64,000 nt of DNA from Candidatus Obscuribacteraceae bacterium (GTDB lineage Bacteria > Cyanobacteriota > Vampirovibrionia > Obscuribacterales > Obscuribacteraceae). Shown one piece after another: positions 39,536 through 48,633 of this stretch. The stretch spans positions 384,001-448,000 of the forward strand of contig JBGAHS010000003.1 of the NCBI GenBank assembly GCA_044226015.1. The letters run 5' to 3'. Numbering within the stretch: position 1 is the stretch's first letter; every line of letters begins with the position of its first letter. The position numbers and the translations under genes are program-made. A model generated the notes under the pieces. The model ran no database searches, was not told the DNA's origin, and saw nothing but the letters and a program-made list of their open reading frames with translations.

Positions 39536-40660
39536 TCAATTCTCCAGAGAAGCCAAGCTGTAAGCCATTTTCTCCTTCCGTAATTCCCGATCGGGACTGC
39601 TCACATCATCATCAAATTTCGAACCACTCAAGAATATTTTGAGAACTCGCTTTCCCAAATCCAGATCACCAGCAGAAAGTACATCCTCGATAAACATGGC
39701 CGCAGCTCGTGAACATGCGACATGCGAAGGATGCTTCGCAAACGACTTCTTCAAAAACCTGAGCTTTATTTCCAATCCCCTTTTCCTATTTTCCTTGAAA
39801 TCAATCCATGCAAGAAAAAGACTTGCGTACTGTTTCCAAAGACTGAAGCTACTATACTGCTTAGCTAACAGACTTAATCGTTGAGCAAAAACACGAGACT
39901 CCTTTAGATGTCCATATTGGATTGCGTGGGGAATCAGAAGGCAAAGTGCACCCACTCGTTCACCAAGATGATCACGCCCCTTCAATGAGAACTCAATTTC
40001 ACTGACAGCAAGCTTAATGAACATTGACTCAGTCACAGGGTCTTTGGAGTTCAGAGCTTTGTTCAAGTAAATCCGGGAAAGCTTCCTAGAAGCTGCCCCC
40101 AGAGAAGGATTGAACCTTCTTGCCTGCCGAATTAGCGACTCACTATATGCTGCATCAAACCGCGCAAAGAACCCTGCAGCATTCATCAGAATTACATAGT
40201 TTGTTGAATCAGCATCTATTATCTCTTTCCATTTTTGAGTTATGACATTTACTCGAATATCATTCCAAGAAAACTTTCTGGCATGCCATTCATTTCCCAG
40301 TTGACCGCAGCATGGACTGTAAGGATAGTTCTCGATAAACCAAAGCATCTGCTCAAAGTAAAGACTCGCAAACTGCTCTCTAGAGCCATAATATCCCATG
40401 AGCAACAGACGCAGATTCTTATTGGAAGATTCACCATGCAAACGTTGAATAGCCTCTTCTGCCTCAGCAGAGCTTATGTTTTGCCCCTGCAACAACAAGA
40501 GCATATCATCAGCACAATCGACCCTAGAATTGGCTCTCATCAGTGGGCTCCAACTGAACATGCCAGTCAATACTAACATCACGAATATAACTAGCAACAA
40601 AAACTCAAAACACACTCCCGCCAACACTGGGAGGAACACCAGGACCACTACCAATATCAA
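39536..40660 (-). CDS. Membrane-anchored helical-repeat hypothetical protein
   Basis: N-terminal hydrophobic segment, TPR-like helices; start codon uncertain. Confidence 0.6.
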   Translation of the reverse strand: MILVVVLVFLPVLAGVCFEFLLLVIFVMLVLTGMFSWSPLMRANSRVDCADDMLLLLQGQNISSAEAEEAIQRLHGESSNKNLRLLLMGYYGSREQFASLYFEQMLWFIENYPYSPCCGQLGNEWHARKFSWNDIRVNVITQKWKEIIDADSTNYVILMNAAGFFARFDAAYSESLIRQARRFNPSLGAASRKLSRIYLNKALNSKDPVTESMFIKLAVSEIEFSLKGRDHLGERVGALCLLIPHAIQYGHLKESRVFAQRLSLLAKQYSSFSLWKQYASLFLAWIDFKENRKRGLEIKLRFLKKSFAKHPSHVACSRAAAMFIEDVLSAGDLDLGKRVLKIFLSGSKFDDDVSSPDRELRKEKMAYSLASLEN

Positions 40661-40723
40661 CAGGCTAACAACCTTATAAGCCGCAACAGCACTTCAAATT
40701 TTCACAGCTTCGACTGGCTAACA

Positions 40724-41560
40724 TTAAACCGGCAAATCAAAATGCTTCAGTACGTTTAACAACAAATCTCGATGATCGAATGCTAGCGCATCGGGCTGAA
40801 GCAACTCAGAAACTGGCTTCAAATGAGCTTTACTGGCATCATCTCCGGCTTTCAATTGCTGCATTATTTCAAGCTTTCGTTCGTCACTCACCATCAATGC
40901 ATAACCCACATCAATTATGTGCGCACGCGGGTCACGCGATGGCGCAGACCGCACATCAATACAGACGAGCTCACCTGGATGCAAGCGTATAGAGCACTCC
41001 TCTTCCAATTCTCGATATGCTGCGTCTTCCATAGATTCAACCATGACTCTCAAAAAGCCACCAGGAAAAGCTTCTCGCCCAGCAAAGGGGTAGTGCAAAC
41101 GCTCGATTACGAGAGCTTGCGTTCCACTGTCAAACAATAAACAGACCGTCGAAGTGCAATCAGGTTTAGCGTAGGGGTAGATATGATAGCGTCCACTCCT
41201 GATGGAACCTACTACAGCTGGAGTTCGCGCCAATTGAAAAAGGTCGCTTTCAAGCTTGTTGAACTCAGCCAGCAGATCGCCAGCGTTGTAAAACGCATCG
41301 ACCATTACGAGAGGCCAGACTTTACGCTCAACAAGTGCTACGCAAATTTCTCGCAGGCGCTCTGGGGTGCAAGAGCCAGCAAGCACCGCAAAATGCTCAC
41401 TGCTAAGTTCTGCGGGCAAAGCTTCACCCGGCAAAATCTTGAATTGCTTATGCTTCGGCACTGTGCCTCGAAGAGCCCTCAGGTTCTCCTCAACATGAGG
41501 ATTTAGATCTGCAAGAGCAGTATCAGATTCTAAGTTCAGAAAACAAAATTGAGTCTCCAT
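40724..41560 (-). CDS. NUDIX hydrolase with N-terminal extension
   Basis: Nudix box PGGF..ESMEDAAYRELEEE, RDPR, AGDDA, LAFDH. Confidence 0.9.
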   Translation of the reverse strand: METQFCFLNLESDTALADLNPHVEENLRALRGTVPKHKQFKILPGEALPAELSSEHFAVLAGSCTPERLREICVALVERKVWPLVMVDAFYNAGDLLAEFNKLESDLFQLARTPAVVGSIRSGRYHIYPYAKPDCTSTVCLLFDSGTQALVIERLHYPFAGREAFPGGFLRVMVESMEDAAYRELEEECSIRLHPGELVCIDVRSAPSRDPRAHIIDVGYALMVSDERKLEIMQQLKAGDDASKAHLKPVSELLQPDALAFDHRDLLLNVLKHFDLPV

Positions 41561-41567
41561 GCTAACC

Positions 41568-42917
41568 TCAGAATGTGGTAACTGAGCTGAAATTGAAATT
41601 GTCTACAAGCATTGCCGGAACGACCTGAGCAAAGCCTTCCTCGCCTCCCGCTACCCGTTGTGCAGGGCTCATTGACACTACATTATTGAGCAAATCAATA
41701 AGACTCTGATTGAAACGCAAGTTCTTCAATGCGCTAACTATCTTGCCGTTTTCTATAAGAAAGCTACCATCCCGTGTCATTCCTGTCACGATCTTCAAAG
41801 TCGGGTCCACTTCACGAATGTACCAGACTCGCGTCAAGAGAATAGCCTTATCTTGCGACGCAATCATTTCATCGAGACTTTGTTCGCCGCCGGCAAGCAC
41901 AAGATTTACCGGAATCTCTCCTTCAGCATTGGGCTCAGCTAGTCCATGACCACTGGGCTTGATGCCCATCTTCTCAGCACTTCTTCTACTGCTAACAAGA
42001 TTTTTCAAAACGCCATTCTCAACGAGCGAAACTTTCGATCGAGGCATTCCTTCACCGTCAAACGCAGCACCTGATTGCAGAGGATGAGTGCAATCATCAA
42101 CTATGGATATATTGTCGCCAAAAACCCTTTCGCCCAGCTTACCTACAAAACATGACAGTTTGTCCAGGTGGCTCGTCGCAGCGAAATCCCAACAGAGATA
42201 ACTAAGCAGGTCTAGCACCGCAGATGGTTCTAAAATTACGCGATATTTTCCGGGCGCAATACTAATTGGGTTATTGTTTGCAAGGGCTTTCTCAGCTGCA
42301 CGCTTGGCCAGCCCCTTATAATCGAGATTGGAAAAATCAATCTCCTCATGTTTAACCCACCCAGTCTCCCCATCTTTGTTCATAGTTATTGAGCATTGCG
42401 CATATGATTCACGGTGAGCAGCATAAAGCCCTTTCGAATTCCCAATGGCGGTAAGAGCTCCACCACTGGAGATAATACCGGCAGCATCCAAGCCGTTAGA
42501 TTCAGCAATTTTCACAATCTCTTTAACCGCCTTGGCTCGGTCAGCCGGACTTAACTCCGCTGTGTCTTTGTCAAAACGATTCACCTTAGCATATCCGCTT
42601 CGCGGCATCGCCGGTAGTGGCAAAATTGTCTCATCTTTGCCCAGGTATTTTAATATCTCAACAGCATCGTCTACCAGTTTGTGCAGAGAGGATGCTGAAA
42701 GGTCATCGCAGCTCAGACGCGCTTGCTTCCCCGATTTGAGAACCCTAACCGAAACAGTAGTTCGATCCTGTGCCTGATTTTGCGTCATGCTGTTGTTAGC
42801 AAAACGAGAGGTATTCAGATCTGAACTGTTAATCGTAACCTCCGTCCCCTGTGCCTTTCCTCGAGCATAGTCGAGGATTTCATTGATGATATTCTGAGCC
42901 TTTTGCGATGTAATCAT
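41568..42917 (-). CDS. tldE: TldE/PmbA family protein
   Basis: RFANNSMTQN, PGKYRVILEPSAV, FDGEG, TGMTRDG; directly downstream of tldD. Confidence 0.85.
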   Translation of the reverse strand: MITSQKAQNIINEILDYARGKAQGTEVTINSSDLNTSRFANNSMTQNQAQDRTTVSVRVLKSGKQARLSCDDLSASSLHKLVDDAVEILKYLGKDETILPLPAMPRSGYAKVNRFDKDTAELSPADRAKAVKEIVKIAESNGLDAAGIISSGGALTAIGNSKGLYAAHRESYAQCSITMNKDGETGWVKHEEIDFSNLDYKGLAKRAAEKALANNNPISIAPGKYRVILEPSAVLDLLSYLCWDFAATSHLDKLSCFVGKLGERVFGDNISIVDDCTHPLQSGAAFDGEGMPRSKVSLVENGVLKNLVSSRRSAEKMGIKPSGHGLAEPNAEGEIPVNLVLAGGEQSLDEMIASQDKAILLTRVWYIREVDPTLKIVTGMTRDGSFLIENGKIVSALKNLRFNQSLIDLLNNVVSMSPAQRVAGGEEGFAQVVPAMLVDNFNFSSVTTF

Positions 42918-42931
42918 CTTCTATTTCTCCA

Positions 42932-44386
42932 CTAAGCTTTGTGCGCCATGCCAACGTCCACACTGCGAAACCTGGCAGGTGGCGCCCCGTGCCCCGTCCA
43001 CATTGTCTGCATCGGTTGACCTTTGCCACAATTTGGCACTCCCCAGTCGACGTAATCGACTGTGCCACCAATGGCAACACAAGAGTTCCAAAACAAAGGT
43101 GTTATGCCTCCATAGCTGCAGTTTTTAAGCAACTTAACACGTCGTCCGTTTTTGATTAACCAGCCAGCTTCAGTGGAGAATTGAAAATTATAACGAAGTT
43201 GATCGATAGACCAACTCCTGTTCGTTTCCATCAAAATTCCTTCATTCGTTTCCGAGACAATATCTTCCAGGCTTCCTGCGCCGCCCGGCAAAAGGGATAT
43301 GTTGGTCATTCGAATAATGGGTGCGAAGTTCCAAGACTCCGCACGCATCATTCCACCAGAGCGACTCAAACCGATTGAGCCTGCGGTGTCTCTCGAGCTT
43401 AGATAGCCTTCGAACATGCCATCTCTCACCAGATAAACATTTTGTGCCTGCACCCCTTCATCATCAAAACCAAAGCTACCCAGAGCACCAGATTTAGTGG
43501 CATCAGCAACAAGGTTTACGATACTAGAACCATACTGCAATCGTCCCAGCTTTTCTGGCGTCAAGAACGAAGCTCCAGCGAAATTGAGTTCTTGCCCCAG
43601 AGCTCGGTCAAGCTCACTCGGGTGCCCCATGCTTTCATGAATTTGCAAAGCCAGCTGAGACGATCCAATAATGAGATCAGTTGTTCCGGCAGGACAAGCA
43701 TCTGCCGAAAGTAAAGCTACAGCCTCTTCGGCAGTCTCTTGCGCGTGCCCCTTAAGGTCCCACTTCTCGATCATTTCCCAGCCTGCAAGTTCGTGCTGCC
43801 CTCCGAAAGATGTCGGGTACGAACGTTTCTGACGGTCAGCCTCATTACTGGCATAAGCTTCGATGCCACAGCTTGAACGAATGAAGCGTTGCTCTATTCT
43901 GCTTCCTTCAGACGAGTAGAACAGCTTTCTTTCCTTGATAAAGGTCATATAACCCTGCGTCAGCGTTATCCCCTTTACCTTCTGCATCAGCCTGGAAGCT
44001 TCAAATAAAACACTTAACTTTGTTTCAATGCTGACGGTGAATGGATCAATCAGATGTGGAGAAACCCAAATAGCATGATATGCCGGTTCATGCGCAAGCT
44101 TCACCGGCGGCTTGACACAAGCTGCACTCGCTTTAGCTACATCAATGGCCTTTCTAACAGCCTTCTCAATTCCTGCTTTCTTCTGCTCTTGCGTAGATGC
44201 AAAACCCCAGCCACCTTTGTAGAGAACGCGAATCCCAAAACCCTGGCTTGAGCTGAGATTCAGCCTCGAAACTTGTTCGTCTTTGGTGGCGATATCCTCG
44301 CTCTGCTGTTCGATGGCTCGAACATCAGCGTATGTTGCACCCAGACTCTTTGCACAATCAAGCGCATAAAGGGCAAGTGACTCCAT
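42932..44386 (-). CDS. tldD: TldD metalloprotease
   Basis: YADVR, HESMGHPSELDR (HExxGHxxE), FDDEG, RMTN, CGKGQP. Confidence 0.92.
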   Translation of the reverse strand: MESLALYALDCAKSLGATYADVRAIEQQSEDIATKDEQVSRLNLSSSQGFGIRVLYKGGWGFASTQEQKKAGIEKAVRKAIDVAKASAACVKPPVKLAHEPAYHAIWVSPHLIDPFTVSIETKLSVLFEASRLMQKVKGITLTQGYMTFIKERKLFYSSEGSRIEQRFIRSSCGIEAYASNEADRQKRSYPTSFGGQHELAGWEMIEKWDLKGHAQETAEEAVALLSADACPAGTTDLIIGSSQLALQIHESMGHPSELDRALGQELNFAGASFLTPEKLGRLQYGSSIVNLVADATKSGALGSFGFDDEGVQAQNVYLVRDGMFEGYLSSRDTAGSIGLSRSGGMMRAESWNFAPIIRMTNISLLPGGAGSLEDIVSETNEGILMETNRSWSIDQLRYNFQFSTEAGWLIKNGRRVKLLKNCSYGGITPLFWNSCVAIGGTVDYVDWGVPNCGKGQPMQTMWTGHGAPPARFRSVDVGMAHKA

Positions 44387-44540
44387 TTTTGGTCGACCTC
44401 TATAGTGACTCTAACGCTCTCGTTGTCAGCAGTTGCAAACATTGAGAGCACCTATTGAAGCACGTTTTTGCCTTGATTGCCTAGCCAGAATCAGCCAAAG
44501 CCCGATGGCAATCCATCAAAACATGCGACCCCAGGAAGGA

Positions 44541-45779
44541 TTAATCGACTTTTTCAGACTCGCTATGCAGTGGCACATTACGGAAACTGGCAAAAATCGC
44601 AACATCGTAAAAGGTCTTTAGCCCACCAGCAATCTGAAACGACAGGCTTGCGCACGCGTTGGAAAGAAACCATCCAGACACTAAAGGTGCAGCGCATTGC
44701 CCAAATGAACGTGCAGCAGCTGTCATTCCAGCAACGGCCGTTCTATCTTCCCTGGGCACCAGAACCATTGAGAATGCCTGCCTTGCTGGAATATCCATTG
44801 AAGAAAACAAGGATCTGAGGACAAGAATCATGCCGGCTAAAAACGCATCAGGCATCAGTGGTATCAAACATAGTGCCATGCTGCAAGGCAAATGAGTAAA
44901 CACCATGGTGTTCAAGAGCCCAAAACGCCTGCAAACATAAGGAGAAATAAGGAAAGACACAGCAGCAAGGGCATAAGTCGCCGCAAAAACCTGCCCACTA
45001 AACTCAGGACCCACATGGTACCTTTCGAAAAACCAGAAAGAAATCAGCGTCATCGGAATGAAACCACCAGCAAATGCATCGAGCCCCTGCAGCGAAATGA
45101 GCTTCCAAACAAGCGGAGACCTAATAGCTCTAGACCTCTCAGTACCCGACTCAGAAGATTGGGCACGCAAGGGTCCTAGAATAGAGTAGAGAATTAGGAG
45201 AAGAATTCCACCAAGCGCATACGCGATAAAAATGGATTGATACGCAAACGCAGCAGAGTGCTGATTGCTGAGTAGAGGATAAACAATACCAGCCAGAGAA
45301 GAACCAATTGCAGAGCCAGCAAAGGCGATGAGGTTATATACCGAGAATTCATGTGCAAGCTTTGTCGACTCAGCATTTTCGGAAATCACTGCTTGTTCAA
45401 CAGCTCCAAACGGTCCACCTTCATACCCTGCAGGACTGATGATTCCAAAAACAGCCGCCAACAAGATAGCCCATCGCTCAGTCGCAAATGCAAAAACGGC
45501 ACCCGATGCGCTAAGAACAAGGCTGGCTATCAGCAAAAGATTTCTTAACCCAATTCGATCAGAAAGAACAGACACCAAAGCAGTTAAGACCGCATCTTCG
45601 ATGAGCGTTGCAGACACAATCATGCCGATTTCGAGCGCGCCAAAATTTCGCGAAAGCAAAAACAATGCAAACACAACAGAAACAGACGAGAAGCACAATG
45701 CACGAACGAAACGGGCAACATAGATCAGAACAAGCTTTCGGCTTTGTCCTCCAGGGCTGAACTCTGTCGATTCAATCAC
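44541..45779 (-). CDS. MFS transporter
   Basis: ~12 TMs, SDRIGLR motif A, GPFGAVEQA, SMDIPARQA; starts 2 nt after the GCS2 stop. Confidence 0.9.
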   Translation of the reverse strand: MIESTEFSPGGQSRKLVLIYVARFVRALCFSSVSVVFALFLLSRNFGALEIGMIVSATLIEDAVLTALVSVLSDRIGLRNLLLIASLVLSASGAVFAFATERWAILLAAVFGIISPAGYEGGPFGAVEQAVISENAESTKLAHEFSVYNLIAFAGSAIGSSLAGIVYPLLSNQHSAAFAYQSIFIAYALGGILLLILYSILGPLRAQSSESGTERSRAIRSPLVWKLISLQGLDAFAGGFIPMTLISFWFFERYHVGPEFSGQVFAATYALAAVSFLISPYVCRRFGLLNTMVFTHLPCSMALCLIPLMPDAFLAGMILVLRSLFSSMDIPARQAFSMVLVPREDRTAVAGMTAAARSFGQCAAPLVSGWFLSNACASLSFQIAGGLKTFYDVAIFASFRNVPLHSESEKVD

Positions 45780-45781
45780 CG

Positions 45782-46891
45782 TCAGCCGACTTCTGTGACA
45801 CTCTTACTCAAGACAAGATCTTCCTTTGCAGAGTACAAACCAATCAAATGTGACAGCGTCTTTTCAATGTTTTTTTCCTTTTGGAAAAGGTCGATTAAGT
45901 CATCTGCGGGCAACCTGCGAGAGCGCAGCCTGGACCAGAATTCATCCAGGCACTCGCGAGACAGTCCTAATTTTCGTGCCGTGTGCTCGGCGGCTTCGAG
46001 CACACGAGCTGCGGTTTCGCAAACATGACGAGAATTCAATCCATCTAATGCAATATTGCCCAGGTCGTAAATTCTGGTCTCATCGGTAGCCTGATCTTTC
46101 AGTTCGTCATCAAGCAAAATAGCAAGAGAAAGCAGGAAGAAGGCGTTGTAATCTTCAATACAACGAGACATTTCAAAGCCCTTAAACTCAAAGCGCAACG
46201 AAGGCTTTTCATGCACGTAAAAAAGCGGCGCCCAAATACTTCTTCTATAGGTTCTTATTGATTTGCCGATCTGTCCGCGCCATTTCCACAAACCACCCTC
46301 TGTGAGCGGCGAAGCAAGGGTTAGCGCCACTGCCGCCGGCATGAAGAAATTGATTTTTGCTGCAAGCTCAGATATGTCAATGCGCTTCGAGAGCTCTTCC
46401 GGCAAACTGATATTTATGTCGGGTCCAAAAGTGGTAGCAGCAGTCAAGGCCCATTGCCAGTAATCATGCCTTTTGTAGTTGGGTGCCGCATTGAATTTCG
46501 ATTCAGTAGGATGGTGCGAAATTACCGCAAGGTCAAACCCCTCTTTAAGCACCCGCCGCCTTAAGAGATCAAATAATTTTTGCAACGACACTAATTGCTC
46601 GTCAATGGTATCTGTCATTGGAGTCCGAATTTCTATGCCTTTCGGCAGCAAAGACACCGGATTCATATTTGTATCGGTCAGGTAATAACCTTCCACCAGA
46701 TATGGTGTCGGCTTGCTGTGCAGCGGCTTTATATTGAAACCGCGCTCACTAAACTCGGAGGTATCAATTGAATTGATCAGCCGAGAAAGAAACTCAAAAT
46801 TCAAGTCTTTGTGACCCAGAGGAACGAAACTGTCTTTTCGCACCATCAGAAATTCTGTTTCTATCCCAAACCCGAATCCCGAATTCTGCAT
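45782..46891 (-). CDS. Glutamate-cysteine ligase family 2 (GCS2)-like carboxylate-amine ligase
   Basis: FGIETEF, IEIRTP, GPDINIS, SP..GG, SIR and RFEFK line up with GCS2/YbdK motifs; start ATG 46891. Confidence 0.7.
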   Translation of the reverse strand: MQNSGFGFGIETEFLMVRKDSFVPLGHKDLNFEFLSRLINSIDTSEFSERGFNIKPLHSKPTPYLVEGYYLTDTNMNPVSLLPKGIEIRTPMTDTIDEQLVSLQKLFDLLRRRVLKEGFDLAVISHHPTESKFNAAPNYKRHDYWQWALTAATTFGPDINISLPEELSKRIDISELAAKINFFMPAAVALTLASPLTEGGLWKWRGQIGKSIRTYRRSIWAPLFYVHEKPSLRFEFKGFEMSRCIEDYNAFFLLSLAILLDDELKDQATDETRIYDLGNIALDGLNSRHVCETAARVLEAAEHTARKLGLSRECLDEFWSRLRSRRLPADDLIDLFQKEKNIEKTLSHLIGLYSAKEDLVLSKSVTEVG

Positions 46892-46949
46892 AAAAAACCC
46901 GACACCTTCATTCCTTCTATCTATTTTATAGCTCTTTAGCCTTGCTGCA

Positions 46950-47141
46950 TTAACGCAGGCTGCAATATCCACGAAATCGATACTGAACGAAATCTTCATC
47001 GCCATCGAACTCGCTGACATAGACGTACCCTACACCGATACAAGACAGAGGCAAGATGAAGTGACGCGGCACCTTTTTTGAAATCGAATCAAGAACCAAA
47101 CCGTCAACGGGTCCCCCGAGCAACTCAATCAACATTTGCAT
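46950..47141 (-). CDS. Small GGPxDG-motif hypothetical protein
   Basis: IELLGGPVDG..YRFRG; overlaps the end of the Fur-like gene. Confidence 0.55.
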   Translation of the reverse strand: MQMLIELLGGPVDGLVLDSISKKVPRHFILPLSCIGVGYVYVSEFDGDEDFVQYRFRGYCSLR

Positions 47142-47715
47142 TCTCCCTTACAGCCCAACAATCAGTGCAGACCGAGCGAAGCACTAACTCGATGCGCTGA
47201 AATTCGTAACCCGAGTCTTCGCACAACGCCTTCGCCCTCTCATCAAGATCTTCTTGTTTAAACTCAATTGTTTTATTGCATTGAACGCAAGTCAAAAATC
47301 CTTGCTGGACACCCCTTCGCCATTGGTAGTAAGTTTGGCGCCCCCGCCGAATCGTTTGAATCAAAGCACTTGAGTTCAATCGCTCAAGCACTCTGTAGAT
47401 GGTAGACTTATGCAATTTCTCGCCAAGAGTAGCCAATCTTTCCATGATAGATCGAACTGTCAAAAGCTCACCAGCAGCCTCATTCTCCATGATAGTTGAC
47501 ACAACTCTCAGACACCGAACTTCGCTGCCAATAATGCTGTCATTCTCTTTGAAGCTTGCAATTGCCCTGTAAGCCGAACTCCGTGTCAAATTAACCCCGT
47601 AGTCAGCCATTCTATCCATTAACTCCTGCGCATGCATCCCAGGCTCTTTCTCTAAAATCCTGAAAATAAGCACCTTTCTTTGAAGCCTCTCCGCCCCGCC
47701 TTTTTTACTCTTCAT
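47125..47715 (-). CDS. Fur-family regulator, atypical (duplicated wHTH, no His cluster)
   Basis: LTRSSAYRAI and LHKSTIYRVL helices; CVQC..IEF..CTDC Zn site; HHH position reads QQG. Confidence 0.8.
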   Translation of the reverse strand: MKSKKGGAERLQRKVLIFRILEKEPGMHAQELMDRMADYGVNLTRSSAYRAIASFKENDSIIGSEVRCLRVVSTIMENEAAGELLTVRSIMERLATLGEKLHKSTIYRVLERLNSSALIQTIRRGRQTYYQWRRGVQQGFLTCVQCNKTIEFKQEDLDERAKALCEDSGYEFQRIELVLRSVCTDCWAVRENANVD

Positions 47716-47800
47716 TGATTCCAAAACGCAACCTGCGCCCCCTGCTGTTCGCCACCATTCGTGTGCGAATTAGCCCCCTTCATTGACAAGATCAATACAA

Positions 47801-48181
47801 CTACAAGACCCCTCCCTCACGACACTGCGGTCTACTAGCGCGATTGCATGCGTGCCTTGGACCATTCAAAGCTCGATGCACTCCCGTTACTTCATCAATC
47901 GATTCATGCATTTGCAGCATGTATTCGTTAATGCGCTCAACTTGAATGGCTGACCCCACTTGCTCAGCCTGCATGCGCTTAATCAACAAGCCAGTAATCA
48001 TTCGACCTATACTTCGTATATTCGAGTCGTAAAGTGAGAAGGCGATAGTCAAAACGACATGCTTGGCACTGCCCGTACTTTCATTTATCCTACGCAAACG
48101 CTCTAATGACTCAACAGGCATCTTCTCCAACCATTCGGTAAGACTACTCCTGGTATTCAAATTGTATTCAGAAAAATGCAT
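47801..48181 (-). CDS. Hypothetical protein, first gene of the left arm
   Basis: ATG 48181 with GAGAAAG upstream. Confidence 0.5.
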   Translation of the reverse strand: MHFSEYNLNTRSSLTEWLEKMPVESLERLRRINESTGSAKHVVLTIAFSLYDSNIRSIGRMITGLLIKRMQAEQVGSAIQVERINEYMLQMHESIDEVTGVHRALNGPRHACNRASRPQCREGGVL

Positions 48182-48350
48182 ATGATTATCTTTCTCAACT
48201 ACACTCAAGAAACGCACACCAAAACAAAACACGCGTATCCGCTGCAAACAATTTGCAGAAACAAGATTTGCGGTTTCAAAAAATGCGACTATCAGATTTG
48301 ATAACTGCTTTGGCATTTTTCAGTTTATACAGCTTACTTTACACTAGAAA

Positions 48351-48380
48351 AAATTATTTGAGAACCATTCTCAATAATTT
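48351..48380. promoter_or_regulatory. Fur-box-like palindrome
   Basis: aaattatttgagaa-cca-ttctcaataattt; core TGAGAAC-C-ATTCTCA fits the 7-1-7 TGATAAT-N-ATTATCA pattern. Confidence 0.75.
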
Positions 48381-48492
48381 GACGATCACATAATCAACGA
48401 GCCTTCTGTGAACTCGGGCAATTCCAGCAAGAATAAAATCTTCACATGAGAAAAGGTCGCCTTATTTGACATTTCAACTGTAACGAGAGTTA

Positions 48493-48549
48493 TTGACATG
48501 CCCCTCTCCTCGCCCCTAAACTCCAGAGATTAATTGAGAATGATTGCCA
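48493..48549 (+). promoter_or_regulatory. Sigma70-type promoter followed by a second Fur-box-like site
   Basis: TTGACA(48493)-18 nt-TAAACT(48517); TGAGAAT-G-ATTGCCA at 48535-48549. Confidence 0.65.
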
Positions 48550-48633
48550 TGTCGCAAAATTAGCGACAAGCAAACAAAAAAACCACACAATGCCAGGCGA
48601 GCGCCTACAAATGTTCGAAAAGAGGGGAATTGC

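Noticed and set aside
46950..47141. 63-aa ORF as a RiPP precursor
   Set aside because: It looks like a small globular GGPxDG protein, with no leader/core pattern and no YcaO, radical SAM or lanthipeptide enzymes nearby
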